Shown here piece after piece: positions 11,556 to 25,513 of a stretch of DNA of 44,772 bases. Below the pieces are notes generated by a model. It did no database searches. It was not told the origin of the DNA and saw only the letters and a list, made by a program, of their open reading frames with translations. How positions within the stretch are numbered: the stretch's first letter is position 1; each line of letters begins with the position of its first letter. This DNA is from Hyphochytrium catenoides (lineage: Eukaryota > Protista > Hyphochytriomycota): positions 1 through 44,772 of the forward strand of contig FLMG01004114.1 of the NCBI GenBank assembly GCA_900088475.1, given 5' to 3'. The position numbers were made by a program, and so were the translations under genes.

Positions 11556-12398
11556 GCTCTTTCCCGCGTTGGAGAACCTTTCGTACCACAGTCCCCTCGA
11601 TCGCTTCAAGCTATCCCCTTTCAAGGGAGTTCCTTGACTGAATCTCTAGTCTTGAACGCATAGCGACACGCTTTAGCCCTAAGCCCTTGAGCGCAGGTGG
11701 TGCTGTTCCGAGCCCGTCAACGCAGATCTCTTGCCACTATAAAACTCTCAGAAGGGCTCAACAATCAACTATCCATCACCATCAGAAACTCAGAATCTAT
11801 CATGGAGCTTCGCTTTCACTTACACCTCTTGCTTTAAGGACCCCACTCGTCCTCCAGGACAACCCGCCAAGGTGGTTGCATCCCCCGCTACTGCAGGACC
11901 TAACCCCTTATGGCACGTCATCGTTGATCCGTATAGCAATATAGCTGATATCATACCTTTAATTAAAGGATATTCCGTTTTCATATGCAACCACAGAGCG
12001 GGAGCTACCCCTTACCCAGGGAAGCCATGACAGCTATTATTACTACTTCCTTTCCCCTGAGGTAGCAGTTACTTGCGTGTCAGACGGCGCGATTATTACT
12101 ATGTTAGGTTCGTGTCATGAAGGATAGTCTATGAAAGCCATCGCAAGCTTCAAAGCTCCGTTTTTGAGTTGCGGTGAGCTTCCTCTCACGGTTTCCACAT
12201 TATAACTAGGGCGAAGATAGAGCATAATGAGAGCTGTAAGGAAGCAAAGAGTCCAATAAGAAGCTGGCCTGTAGCCATTGAACAATTGTTGCTGGCAAAG
12301 CTAACAGCCTCTTTGGGCAACTTGCGACTAAAAGCAACTCTTTTCTGTGTCGGGATTGGCCTAGTTTGGGAAGATAGCATTAGCCTTGCCCGCCGCTC

Positions 12399-15300
12399 AT
12401 GGCTTACGGCGGAGGGTATGGGCAGCCGCCGCGGCAGAACTATGGAGGCCCACCACCATATGGAGCCGGAAGGGGTGGCCCTCCACCTTCAGGATATCGG
12501 GGTCCTCCCACAGGGCCTCCGCCAAGCACAGCTACATCAATGCCCCCTTCCTTTTCTGGGCCAGCTGGGCCTCCTACTTCAGTAGGCGGACCCCCACGTG
12601 GGCCCTTAGGTCCACCTCCTACTAGCTCAGGCCCGCCACCTTTCGTTTCCGGCCCTATGTCATACTCTCGCCCAGGCCCACCAGGATCTACAGCTCCCAC
12701 CTCTCAAGCAGGAGCCCCTTTTGCGACATCCAACCGGCCCGGAATGCCACCCATATCTTCTGCGCCTCCTTCCTCCGTAGGATCTTCTCTAATTCACTCC
12801 ACTCCCACCATGGCACTTCCAACCCCATTTTCTTCAGCTACGACGCCTGCAATACCCCCGCAGACCATCTCTTCCTCTGTCCCACCTTCGTATCCCCCTT
12901 CAGGGTAAGTGCCCAGAACTAGTAGTGAATGTTTTACATCATCTCATCTCGACATGATCCTATTGCAGTCCTCCACCTGGCCCAGCAGGCATGCCAGGAG
13001 CTCCGCCCCCATCCTTCGCCGGCCCACGCCCATCTATGCCGCCGCCGCCTCTAATTTATGGTGCCAATAGCCAAATGGGCGCGGTACCAGGCGGACTCAA
13101 TTATCCTCCTCCCCCTGGGCCCGGGGCAGGATATGGCCCCCCACCCTCAGGAGGACCGGGACAGTTTGCCAATGGCTACGGCCAGGGCCAACCTCAGGCT
13201 CCACCTCCTGCCTATGGGCAAGCGCCAGGTTATCCACCTTATGGACCGGGCCAGCCGGTAGGTCGTTCATGCCTGAAATGATTAGATGCTTCTTTCGACA
13301 GTTGTTGATTTGTTGATGCAGTACGGTCAGGCTGGACCTGGCTATCCTTCGCAAGGTTTTGTGGGACAAGGCGCTGCTCCTCCGCCCATTACAGGGGCGC
13401 CGATTCCACCGAGTAAGCCTCATCCATCTGTTCAGCAACTTCAGGGTGACCCTACTTGAGTTACCAGACAGCGAACATGACATTTGTCTCTGATCTCTTT
13501 GTTTTCTTTATATTTCCTTACTTACCTTGTTATTTATAGGTCAAAGGCGACCTAGCGATCCAAAGCAGAAGATTGATCCAAACCAGATTCCCCGGCCGCA
13601 AGCTACAAGGGAGATCATTAGATACGTCACTCGTGGTCGGACCATGACAGCCCCCCCACCCGCCACCTCTGACTTCTTAGTTGTTGATGAGGGTAATTGC
13701 AGCCCCCGCTTTATTCGGCCGACCCTTAACCACGTCCCGTCATCCAGAGATATGTTCAACAATTGCAAGATACCGATGGCTGTGGTGTTACAGCCGATGG
13801 CAGCTCTAGCACCAGGGGAGTCTCCCATCCCGATGGTTGATTTTGGAGACCGTGGCCCGATCCGTTGCACCCGTTGCAATGCGTACATGAATCCCTTCAT
13901 GAAGTGGGTGCAAAGTGGCAGAAAGTTTCAGTGCAACATCTGTGGCATGACGAATGATGCACCAAATGACTATCAGTGTCATCCAGATGAGTTTGGCAGA
14001 CGTAGAGATGCATATGAAAGACCAGAATTGTCCAGAGGAAGTGTGGACTACTTAGTGAACAAGGATTATTCGGTTCGGCCGCCACAAGAGCCGATCTATG
14101 TCTTCGTGATCGACGTCTCATCCCACTCCGTTAACTCGGGGCTTTTCCATACGGTGTTGCAGGGCATTCGAGACAATCTAGACCATTTGGGAGGAGGACA
14201 AAGGTCAAAAGTTGGGATTGTGACTTTTGATCGGTCTTTGCACTTCTATAATCTGGATCCTAGGCTGGCGGACCCTGTCGCTGTCGTGGTGGCAGATATT
14301 GACGAACCATTTGCACCGCTACCTCCCTCATGCTGGCTTGTTAGCCTTGAAGAGGGGCGTAGCCGTATTGATAGTTTGTTGGACCAACTGCCGGATTTGT
14401 ATAAAGACACCATCGCCATTGACGCTGCACTGGGCGCCGCCGTTGCCGGTGTGATGAATGCCATGCAAGAGACAGGAGGAAAAGTGACTGTCTTCCAGTC
14501 CTGCCTTCCTCGTTGCGGTGTGGGCCAACTGACCGACAGAGAAGCATCCCGCAACTATGGTACTGACAGGTAAGGATCTTGGGCTACATATGGCCCATGC
14601 GACTTCGCTTGCTGATAAGGAAATGCTCACTGGATATTATCTTGTGTTTGACAGAGAAAGGGCGATGTACTCTTCAGATGAAAAGGACGAGTTCTGGAAA
14701 AAGCAGGGTGAACTGGCCGCTCTCCGGCAAATATCTGTTGACTTTTTTATCTGTGGTAACTACTTCTCTGACGTTGCAACGACCAACCAACTCTGCACAG
14801 CCTCTGGTGGTCAAACCTACTATTATCCTTCTTGGCGTATGGAACCAGGCTCCAACAATGAGGAGGCCGGCTTAAAGCTAAGAAAGGAGCTGGGACATAA
14901 CCTACAGAGACTGCAGGTAGGGAGAAGAAGGCACATGTCGCAAAGGGGCAGGTTGAGGGAGATAGGGACGAAGCTGTTGCTCGAAGGCCGGTAGCAAAGT
15001 CTAGAGAGAAAAGCTTGCTCTTCTCACCCCTTACAATGCTCCTCTCCCCTTATTAGGCTTACGAGTCAGTGCTCAAGGTGCGATGCAGTACCGGGATGGA
15101 TGTCGAGGAGTATATTGGACACTGCACGAAGCGGATGCTTCAAGAGATAGACATCGCAACCATAGACGAAGATCAAGCGTTTGTCGTTACTTTCTCCTTC
15201 AACGATAAGTTGGAGGAAGGCGGGGATTTTCACGTACAGTGCGCACTGCTTCACACGAATGTACACGGTCGGCGCTGTGTCCGCGTACATAACCTGGCGC

Positions 15301-16827
15301 TGCCGGTTGCAAGTCTGTTGACGAATGTGTTCCGTTATGCTGATCTGGAGGCAATATGTGCGGTGTATCAGAAGAAGGCCATCAAGACCGCTTTAGCGAA
15401 GGTCAGAGACCGAGGATCTGTGAGAGGGTATATTTATGGAACAGGGGGCCTAGATGGAAAGGGGGTGAGCGCTAGGAGGAATCTTGGGAGAACTTGTAGG
15501 AGCAGATGGCCTGAAAGATGGACACGAAAGTGAGGCGTAACGGTTAGCAGCGCTATTTTGTTCCACAAAACACCGCAACCCAATGTCTATTTCTGCTTGC
15601 CTTACCGCTTGCTTTCCATGTCTCTTACTTCCCTATGATCTCAGGATCTTAGCCACGTTCGTGAGGAGCTTCTGAACAACTGCGTAGAGGTTCTTTACCA
15701 GTACCGCAAGCACTGCGCCTCCCAATCCTCGTCAGGGCAGCTCATCCTTCCAGAGTCTCTTAAGCTCTTCCCCCTCTACACACTAGGGGCCATGAAGTCC
15801 GTTGCATTTAGAAGGAATGACGCTGGCTCTCAGACTCGGAATGCGGTCGAAGTGCGATCCGATGAAAGGGCTTTCCTTTTTAACCTCCTGCTTCTCATGA
15901 GTGTTCGGCAGTGTGTACCCTTTGTGTACCCGAACTTGTATAGCTTACATGACATGCCAGAAGAGGTAAGGTTGATACCGTTTCCTTAGTGCGCGGTTCT
16001 TTGGGGGGCCGCTTATGACACATCATCTGGTATTGTCTAGATTTTTACATGTCTATATAGGGCTAAAGGTGGATCGTTTCCCTCATCCTGGCGATCTCTT
16101 GACAATTTTCATTATGCTCATCGTCAATGTAGCTCATACTATTTCTTGCTTCACTCAAATCTACACAGTGCGGAACCGAAGACCCCAGCGGTCGCGTTAT
16201 CCTTCCTCCCACAAAGCAGCCGTCTTCTGAGCAGCTGAGGGAAGACGGTATCTTCCTCTTGGACGACACCATCAGCCTCTATTTATTTTTGGGCCAGAGG
16301 GTAGATCCGGACGTCCTACAAGCACTTTTTGGTGAATCAAGAGTAGACACAGCCGAGAAGGTATGACCTCCTTTGTGATGAAGGTTATTTCATACTTCTT
16401 CCCATAGTCAGTGAAGGAAGTTTGACTCCTCTACTCTCTCTGTTATCCTCTACTGAGGATATTGATGTGAGCATTTGACATACTATGCCGCCACACCCTG
16501 TTTAGTTAGAGTTAGCCTTTGTTCCGTCGTTCCACCCCCTGCACGCTTTAACACATGCATCGTTTACTTGGTCTCTTTGCCTGGCAGCCGGTTAAGCTTC
16601 TCCCTTCAGAGGAAGGAGAGTCCGATCTTCGAGCACGTATCAATAACATCATCAGATACCTCCGCGAAGGGAAGACGGTGTTCCAGGAACTGACAATATG
16701 CACAAGAACCGATTGGAGGAGTGGAAAGTTTATGGGAAAGCTGGTGGAGGACCGTACCAAGGCAGACATCTCCTATGTCGAGTTCCTTTGCCTAGTGCAC
16801 AAGAAAATTCAGGCGAAGTTCCTCTAG
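12399..16827 (+). CDS. SEC24: COPII cargo adaptor Sec24 (Sec24C/D-like)
   Basis: G/P/Y-rich N-terminus; KIDPNQIPRP; GNCSPRFIR; zinc finger RCTRC..YMNPF..CNIC; RPELSRGSVDY; YVFVIDVS trunk/vWA; QLILPESLKLFPLY; C-terminal LVEDR..SYVEFLCLVHKKI. Canonical GT-AG introns. Confidence 0.95.
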
Positions 16828-17191
16828 AAGAGGTACTGCCAACGAAGAAGGCACTTCCGTAGAGATTAAAGGTTGGGGGCAGGCGCAGATGATTGTTTTG
16901 CAGATGCTGTTTTGGTAAGATCCCAACTGGTGATAGGCAGGGCTAGGAAGGATAGGTTAAGGTTCTCACACTCAAAAGTACTTGGGCAGTCAATGGGATG
17001 GTGCTTATAAGGTAATTACGACTTTAGTTGTTCCGTGTCCTCCATAGCAGATAGTGATCATTAGGTGGAACAAAGTCAATATAAAAAGACTGAGCAAGCC
17101 AAACTTCCTATGTCTTTCTCTCAAGTGGACGTTCCCAAGAGACAGTCGGCGACCATCACATACTACCGGACATGTTTTGGGCACGAAAACA

Positions 17192-20100
17192 TTAAAGTTC
17201 TTCTCTCACGGTTTCACGGTTCTCCCCAACGCCTTGGGCTCCACCATCCTCTCGCTCCTTCTTCCTCCTCTCTCTTTGTTGTTTGAGAAGCTCTTGAGCC
17301 AGTCTCTGCTGCTGCCTCTTGATCTCATCCTTAGCTGCACGTATTGCTTCTGCTCGCGCCTCATCCTTGGCAGCCTTGAAGACCTCGGACATCTCCTCCT
17401 TTGCTAATGCACTCTCCTCCTGTGCTGCTTGAATAGCTGCCATAGCCTCGGCCTCCACTAGGACGACACTTTCTAAGGCTTTGGTCATGGCTTCCCTAGC
17501 CGCTTGAGCTTCTTGCTCTGTTAGTTGTGACGCTTGGCGAAGAGCCTCAGAGGTCTCAGCCTGAATACTCTTCAAAAGCTCCTCTGCCTGAAAATAAAGA
17601 ATCATGAGTCCATTCTTGAAAAAGTAGTTTATGGTAGCAATTGCTGCTTCGCAAACTGGCGCAGGGCCATTTCACCAGCACATGACACCACCTTTTCTAG
17701 AGTTGTCCAGCTAACTGTACCTTGAAGATAGCAGCTTCTGTCTCCTTTAATGCCCGTTCGGTGGCCTTCTTTGATGCATCTTTTAGCGCTTCTCTTTGAG
17801 CTTTCTCAAACTCTTCCTGGGCTTTACTCTCGATTGCATGAAGTCGTCTCTGAGCTTCTCTCACTGCCTTCTCAGTTGCTTCGGTCACAGCCTTCTGCAG
17901 AATGCCCTGAGAGTAGTCCAAATGGTGAGTCATGCGACTTTTCACCTAATATGACGGTCTCCAGATGTCATGAAGGGCAGGTCCAAACGATGATAGAACC
18001 TTTCGACTTCATGCTATAATGGCCGAACGACCTCCCTTAAGATCAATACGTCTGACTTGTCCGCTCCGGTTGGGCTCTTTACATGTCTCTTTTACAGTCT
18101 TTAACTATAGCTCACCTCTCGAACCTCCTCAAGGCTGCGTTTTGCCTCCTCTTCTGCCTGTGCAACAATCTCCTCAGCCCTATTAAGAGCAGTCTCTCCT
18201 GCTGCCTTCAGCGCTGCGTTAACAGACCATCCTGGAACGCTTCTCTGGTCCTTCACGCGTAACTTCAGATCATCAAAGCAGCTGATCTTCGCATCGTAAG
18301 CGGGCAGTTAAGAGAGAGATGGGTTAGCCAAGATATCGTCTAGAGCTTAAGTGAGAAGTGAGCTGGCTAGCAAACAAGACTAGGATGTTGTTCCTGGTTC
18401 TCTTTTGCAGATCCTCTAACGTTACCATCTTTAAGCTCCCCCTGTCCTGCCTACACACGCTTATTTCTTATCGTTCGCCATCATAGGAGAGGTCTCCCGC
18501 ACTTATTCTGTCTCGCCTGGTCCCATCATCCGCAATCAAAAGGATGCCGTCTCGTGCGTCTATGCCCCAAGAGTGACAGCTGTTTCCCACACTTACCTCT
18601 TCCTCCGTACTCTCCGGTTTAGTGTACCTCACACAAGGGATGAAGTGATCGACCGCATTGAACTCTATAGTGACTGTTCCCTGGTGCAATTTGGAGTCAA
18701 ACATGGGTTGGCAGCTTTCTGAAGGCATTAGGTAGGCGCATCCCCAGTAGGAAACCCAAGAGATGGTTAATCCGTTCTGCAGGTTGGCTCCATCAACGGA
18801 AACCTAAGGCGGACATAGAATTTAGGGAGGAAAGAATATGTGAGCCAGATCAGAGGATAACATCGTACGAGGTAGAACTGACTGGATAGCAGGAGATGCT
18901 TCAAAAAATAGCCAGTGCAAGCCACACAGGTTGAATCCTACTTACCACTAGCGGTTCATTGACAATTGCATATTCTGGGTCAATAATCTCGATGGTTGGC
19001 ACCTGGTCCGCTTCACCAGCTCTCCAAGCTTGAACTGCAGCAAACAATAAAGCGACAAAGACGACAAAGCGCCTTGCCCACGGACGGTGAAAGTTCAAGA
19101 GTACAAAGAGGAAGACTAAGCCCAGAAGAATTGGGCGAACCGCCGGGTTGCATATCTGGGTCAGCTTCTCTAGCCTACGTCTAGGCAGTGCACGCATGCA
19201 TGCACCAGCGTCTCTTTGTAGCTGGTAGAGACGAGCCGGAAACGTGTCCGTACAGGTCTCTAAGGTGCTAAGCGAAGCATTCTTACTCAAATCCTCACAC
19301 ATCAGAATCGTGGCGAAGGCTGCCAGCGCTCCCAAAACAAAGATGTTTATGGCACTGGACCGATAAAAATGCAACCATGACCGAGATCGCAACGGCAGCC
19401 TAAAAGAGGACACAGAGTGAGTTGAATCTTAATACTCTGAAGAAATTGACAGAGACGGTTCCCAGGCTCAGATTCCTATAGCGCCAAAGCAGCCCGGGTC
19501 ATTGTACCAATACAGTGGTGAAATTCGCGCTAACCTTTTCATGGGGCGAAACCATAACAGAAGAGATGAGACTGGGAGGGGAAATGTGGTCACGCTCCAG
19601 AAGACTGCTGATAAGAAGTCACGCATAGCAACGATGACTGTGAAGAGACCCAGAGTGTCTAGTCCGTGGGTAGATTTTCTGTCATCAGGTTTAAGCGCTT
19701 TATCATCCTAACCACAGAGATCTTAACGCAATGAAGTATAATTCGCGGAGGTTCTCACAGGAAGCTCGGAAAAGCGGAAAGAGGTATGGCAGCTAGTGTT
19801 CATGAGGTGAGGCTTACTTCCACCTAGAGCAAACGCATGACAGAGTGCGAGATGAGAGATGAGGAGTTGGATTTGGTTTACCTCCTCTTCTTCATCGTCG
19901 GCATCATCGCCCTCTCCTTCGCTCTCTACTGAAGAGGAGTCGGCGTAAATGTCTCTATTATACTCTGCCTCGGCCTTGGCGTCCAGCTCCTCCCATGCTA
20001 CATCCTCCTCCTCTTCTTTAACATTCTCATCCTTATTTAACCAATCGGCCCAAGTGGGGCGCTGCTTTAGAGCTTCTAAGCGCTGCTCCACCCTGGCAAT

Positions 20101-20240
20101 GCAGATTAGCTTTGGGGGCACAGAGTTATGACAAAATCGTTAAAAAAAAGATTATGATGAGAAAGAACACCACAATTACAGGGGGCGAGAGAGCAACGGA
20201 ATCGGCTAACGACGTACGATTTTCCCTGTGTCTGCCACAT
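17192..20240 (-). CDS. Hypothetical multi-pass membrane protein with acidic N-terminal region and long Ala/Glu-rich C-terminal coiled coil
   Basis: Spliced model starts MWQTQGKSVEQRLEALKQR (ATG 20240), then acidic exon, hydrophobic exons (19707-19535, 19399-18946), a beta-rich Cys-containing exon (~18803-18596) and coiled-coil exons to TAA 17192. Intron phases are consistent. Confidence 0.6.
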
Positions 20241-20965
20241 GGTTCAAAGCTGTCGCCTTTCCCGGTAGGATCGGCTACACCGTGTTGCGTGCAAAAGTAG
20301 CTAAGGCGTATGGAACCAGCCGTCGAATGTCTTTGAAGCAGACTACTTTATACGATCAAACGCCTTCAGGCTGGACAGAAGAGAGAGAGGAGGGAGCGCA
20401 GGAGGAAGGACAAGGACTGAATTGTGAACAAGAGCCAGACGGCCAGGACAAGGAAAAGAGACCCCGGACCTGGGTGAGCCGTGATAGATGAAGAGGGAAA
20501 GTTGTTCTTCGATCTGGGAGAGAGCTTCTGATGGAAGGCTGCAGCAAGACGCAGAGCCATGACACAGTAGTTCTATGTAAAACGTAAGCATTTGGAAGAT
20601 CATGAACCGCAATAATCTTCAGAATATCCTTCTTCTCCGTCTGGAAAACTTCTCAGAACAGATAGGAAATCTATAATGTTTTCCTTTGCATTATTAATAA
20701 TCATTGTTGCCGCACGAAACCTTTCATACAAAGAAAGAAACAAACGTTCCAGAAACAGCTCTCTGCACATACACACGCTGCCTAACATGTGCGTACAGAC
20801 AAGCATGGATTCGTTCTGAACGGTTATCAGACTTGAAGATTCGAAAAATGCCTACTAACGGCTAGGCGCGCGCGGGCGTGATGAGTTTCTGAGCGCGCGA
20901 GGGAGCGGCGCGAGTGCGCAAGGCGGCAAGAAGCTTGAGGAAGCGGCGTTGGAGAGGGCGACGGC

Positions 20966-21055
20966 GAAGAAGAAGAGAGAAAAAGAGAAATAAGAAAAGA
21001 GGAATCTCGAGGAGAGAGAGAGAGGGAGAGAGAGAGGCACAGAGAGAGAGGAGGT
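20966..21055. repeat. GA-rich low-complexity/microsatellite tract in a divergent promoter region
   Basis: (GA)n and GAA runs visible between the divergent genes starting at 20240(-) and 21327(+). Confidence 0.7.
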
Positions 21056-21326
21056 GAAAGTAGCAGATTCGATCTCTTCAGCCCTTATCAATGAGGGTTG
21101 AACCACCATTAACAGGGGAAAAACAGCGTCAGAGATAGTGTCAGAGTCCCAATATCGATTGCTTTATTCTTTGGCTTCAGTCATCTAGGTCATTGAAGAA
21201 GGCCAGAAGAGCCGATTGCATCTTTATTCATACAAGCGTGATCGCCTACTGCGGCCCCTTTAGTCCTGTTCCGGCGGTATTTGGGCTACTTAGAGTTGTT
21301 AGGGGTTCCCTTCTGGCACTGGGGTC

Positions 21327-24300
21327 ATGGATGCTAGAGGGAATGGCACTTCTTCAGCGACAGCTGAAGGTGTTCTTGTACGGACGGTAGAGATCCAGCA
21401 TAATGACGCTGTCAACGAGAACATTAACCTCAAGCTTGAGGTGCACCATCTCCGGGTAAGCTCTCAACTACTACTTAAAACTACTTAAGCGGACTAGGGG
21501 GCCGTGTAATTTTTTGTAAGCTACGTGGTATCCCGCGCTCCTTGCACCTTGTTCACCTTAATTTTGGCTCGTTTGACCCTGTCTGTCCTCTCTTCCGCAT
21601 CCTTGCTTCATAACCTTCTACCGTCCATCTTTCCCATCAGGAACGCCTGAAGGAGCTTGCTGGAGGGAAGGAGGCTATGGAAATTGATGCAGAGAACTAT
21701 GAGCTGAAAAAGGACATCAGAGAGCTAGAAGAGCGCCAGCAGGTAAGAAGTCGATAAAGTCGTGATCTTGTTGTTCGTACTCCCCTTGGCATCCGCAAGC
21801 TTGGTCATGCACGCCATCAGGACAATCTGAACCGTTTATCATGGTCGGCGTGCAAGTTCGACTTTACCTTCCTCTCCATCAGAGTTAATCCTCAGCTTCC
21901 TATTGCTACGTCTCGAATTGCCCAATATTTCTATCTTCCACCTTGAAAGGCGGGATTCAACACTTCTGTGTGCGAACACGCCTCCAAAATCCTGCCCTAG
22001 ACCTTTACCACATACTCTCTTTCCATAGTCTCTGAGCTGTACACATGATCAGATGGCATCTTGACGCTTATTGATCTACTCTGATAACGTTATCTGTCCT
22101 CTCGGCTTTCCTCACTCTCGACTTCCTTCCCTTCCTGACGCAGCGGCAGCAAGACCTACTCGTGGAGAAGGAGAGTACTATACAGAAGCTGACTAAGAAC
22201 CTAATGAAGATGGACCAAGCTCGACAAGACACAGTAAAGGCCCTCGAGCAGTGCCAAGCGGCGGCTCAGACGTATAGGAATCGGGCCCATTACTATCAAA
22301 GAAAGGAAGGAGTTAAAAGAGAGGAGCTGGACAAGGAGATGAAAGATCATCAAGCACTCATACAAAAGATCATGGAGGAAAGCAAGAGAAAGGTGTGTCA
22401 GCCTTGATCTCTCATGCGCGGCTAGAGAAACGCTACGCCTTAGTTGTGCTTGCCCACTAAGCTGCCCTAACATTTCACCTGCTTCTAGGAAGAAGCATTG
22501 TCAAGAGTTTCAGAAGAGCAAACGCTAAAGATTCTTGCTTTGGAGAATGAATTAAGAGCTAAAACCTGCTGCCTTGAAGAGGTAGAGGCAAAAGGGGAGA
22601 GGGAGAGAAAGGAGATCACGCTTCTCCAAGAAAAGATTGACGCTCTGTCAGCGAACTCTATTAAGACTTGCGGCTCTATGGATAGGCAACTGCAGGTATA
22701 TAGTGCTGATGAGCGCTTGGCGAGGAGGGAAACGTTATATTCAGTTCCAAGTTTTGCCCTACCGCAGGGCGTCTTGCCAGAAATCTTCTGCTCCTTGAGT
22801 TCGAGTTGTTCACATCCCTCTTTTGTGGCTCCCCGACTACCTCTTTGTGCACAGCGGACCATATGGGCGAAAAGACGGTACTCACCTCGTCTTTACGTTC
22901 AGGTCATGCAAGAGGAGACAGCCCGACTGACCGGTCAAATCAAAATTCTGGAAGAAGAGAGAGAAAGGAGGACAAAAGAGGAGGAGGAGCGAGCAAACAG
23001 TGCCGAAGCAAGTAGGAGAAGAGCCGTAGAGCTTGCCGAAGACTTGGGTAAAGTCAAGGCTCAGGTGAAGGTTATCGAGGAGCAAGCAGAAAGGTATGTA
23101 CAATTGGTAGGAAACGACGACTGCGTGGACAAGCGGTTTGTAGGGTTACTAAGTTAATTTTGTGGAGACATGAGCTCTGATAGCATGCATGACTGTATAT
23201 GTCCATTTATACTCTTTCTTCTGCAGATATCGAAGGGCATCCGAGATTGCCGAAGAAGAGCTCCGGAAAGTCAGCGCTGAGAGTCAGCGCCGGGCAAACG
23301 AACTCCTAGAGACGACGATAGAACGGGTAGGTTTGTGCATCTCCCCGCTGGGTCGAGCTTTCTCACCGTTGAAAAGAAGGTAGTCTTTTTATAAAGATCT
23401 CCTCAGATCATGTTCGAAGTTCTCAACAATCGTTCAATCTGGATAAGCTCTTCCGCATAATTCGCTTGACACTATTGTTCATGCTCTTCAGGACTCTCTA
23501 GTGGCACAAGTGAAGAATCTGGAAGGAGAGCTCGCTCGTTTGTCCTCGCAGTATCAAGAACAAGTGACTGCGCTGGAGAGGGCTATGAAGCACTCAAAAA
23601 CCTCCAGAGAAGAAGAGGAAGATGAGAGGAGGCGAAAACTGGAAGATCTCCTTTCGGCTTTACACGAGGAGCGCAAGCTAAGGCTAGAGCAGCAGAATAA
23701 CTGGGAAACTGAGTGCAGGGTCGGTCAGCTTTCAATGTCATCTCTTGGTCACCCTTTCTCCCTAGGAGTTATCATACACTTCATGAACTTGCCAAACTTC
23801 TGTATGCAGAGACAGTCTCTTGAGAGAGCGTATTGCTATCACTTGCCACTGTCCTTCTAGCCTCTCTTCAGTCCATTTATCGCCGATCAGCTTGACTGTT
23901 TAGCATGGTGTATGACAACCCAAGTATTGTTCTCGCCTCCTTCTTCACCTGTTGGCTGGTGAATCCTCCTTGCTTCTCTGGCCTTCTAGTTAAGTTACTA
24001 ATATTCCTATGTCAAAATACTCCCTGCATGCTTAGGAGCTACGCAGGAAAATAGCAAGCATGGAGGAGGAGAACTGCAAGTACTTGGCCGGCAGGGAGGA
24101 AGAGAGACGACAATGGGAGCAGGAGGGAGAGAAAGAAAGAGACGACCTTCTCCAGCAAGTTAGCGCGTTACAGGAGGCTTTGGATGAACAATGCCGAAGA
24201 ATGCAGGTCTCCTTCTTGTTTAGTCGCTTAGCTATCTTCACGTTCGCCGTGCTTTGTCATTGATTGTTCCATAACCGGTTTTCTACTAGTTTCCTCCTCT

Positions 24301-25513
24301 TTGATACGTGATGATGGCTTTATGTTTAGTGCTAATTCTTCCAACCTTTTTACACCTCTCTATACCTTATCACCGCTACTCGGTCATCTTCCCCGACGCA
24401 GACCGAAGAGGTCCAGAGGAAGCAGCTACAGGACCAAATTGAAGACCTGAAGCGCAATACGAAGAAGCTTGATCAGATGAAAGCAAAGATAAAGAGTGAG
24501 CAATCCCTTTCACGATCTGCCATCAGATCCCATGAAGTTTATCTTGCTTGCGCTTGCTGCCCTTACATTAACGAACCTCTGAGTACTCTGATACAGTTTT
24601 CTACTTGAGTTCCCTGCCTTAGCTCGTACTTCCCCTTTCACTGATGATGTGGGTTTTGCTATGCTGCTTCGTCTTGGAGCATTTGTTAAGTAACCCTTTA
24701 CCTAGTCTATGCGAAAGTCTTTCTTGTCACCCTGACTTGTCCAGTTAGTATTCCCTTTTCAAGTTTTGTTGGGGTCTCAAACCATCGAGGATCTTGTGTG
24801 GATGATGGCTCTTGTTACCGATTCACTCCATCCCTGCTTCAAGTGCGCCAAACTCCTAATCCTTGTATTCGCGATCCTTGTGTTTTCAATCATCAGCGCT
24901 TACCGATGAGAAGGAGGAGCTCAATGCAAATCTTGAGCGAACTCGGAGCGTTATGAAGAGAATTGTGGACCGGAAGGCAAAAGCGCTTGGACCCGGAGGT
25001 GCGAAGCGATGAGGAGGTGGCCTGAGGGGCCGACAAATTGAGGAACCCTTGTCCACCTGAAAGAGGACTATCCTGACTTTAAGCGACTAAGTGGTCCTCC
25101 GCAATGATACAGGCATGAAAAACTCCTCGGCACTTGAGGGAACCATGAGGCTCGCCGACGAAGACAAAGAGAACTTGACTACACCAACAATGGCACATGG
25201 TAAGGCGCTTCACAGGGGTCCCTCTCTTCCTCTGCTCTTGCATATGAACTTCCCAGACTCTTTACGTGACATGTAAACCTCGCATTCCGCAGGGAGACTC
25301 GGTACTCGACCCTTAATGTCTCGACAATCCCAAGTGACCACCCCCAGTCCGGACCAAGAAATTAAACCCACACTCAAAAGGGCAGGGAGCCACACGTCTC
25401 CTGATGTTTCTACCTCTTCTGTTTCCAAGTCAGCCGCAAGAACGAAGGCGACAGTGAAGAGGGTGACTGTCCAGTCACGCTTCATGAATGGTGTAGGTAG
25501 CAGGCTGACATAG
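21327..25513 (+). CDS. Long coiled-coil protein with N-terminal centrosomin motif 1 (CM1/Cnn_1N)-like segment; candidate gamma-tubulin complex receptor
   Basis: Exon1 21327-21455 + exon2 21641-21742 give NDAVNENINLKLEVHHLRERLKEL, resembling ENFNLKLRIYFLEERL. Further E/K/R-rich exons start at 22144, 22488, 22903, 23228, 23492, 24036, 24402, 24897, 25113 and 25292; stop TAG 25513. Confidence 0.65.

Noticed and set aside
12186-14630. Multiple antisense or alternative-frame ORFs over Sec24
   Set aside because: They are shadows of GC-rich, Pro/Gly-rich coding sequence with no independent motifs.
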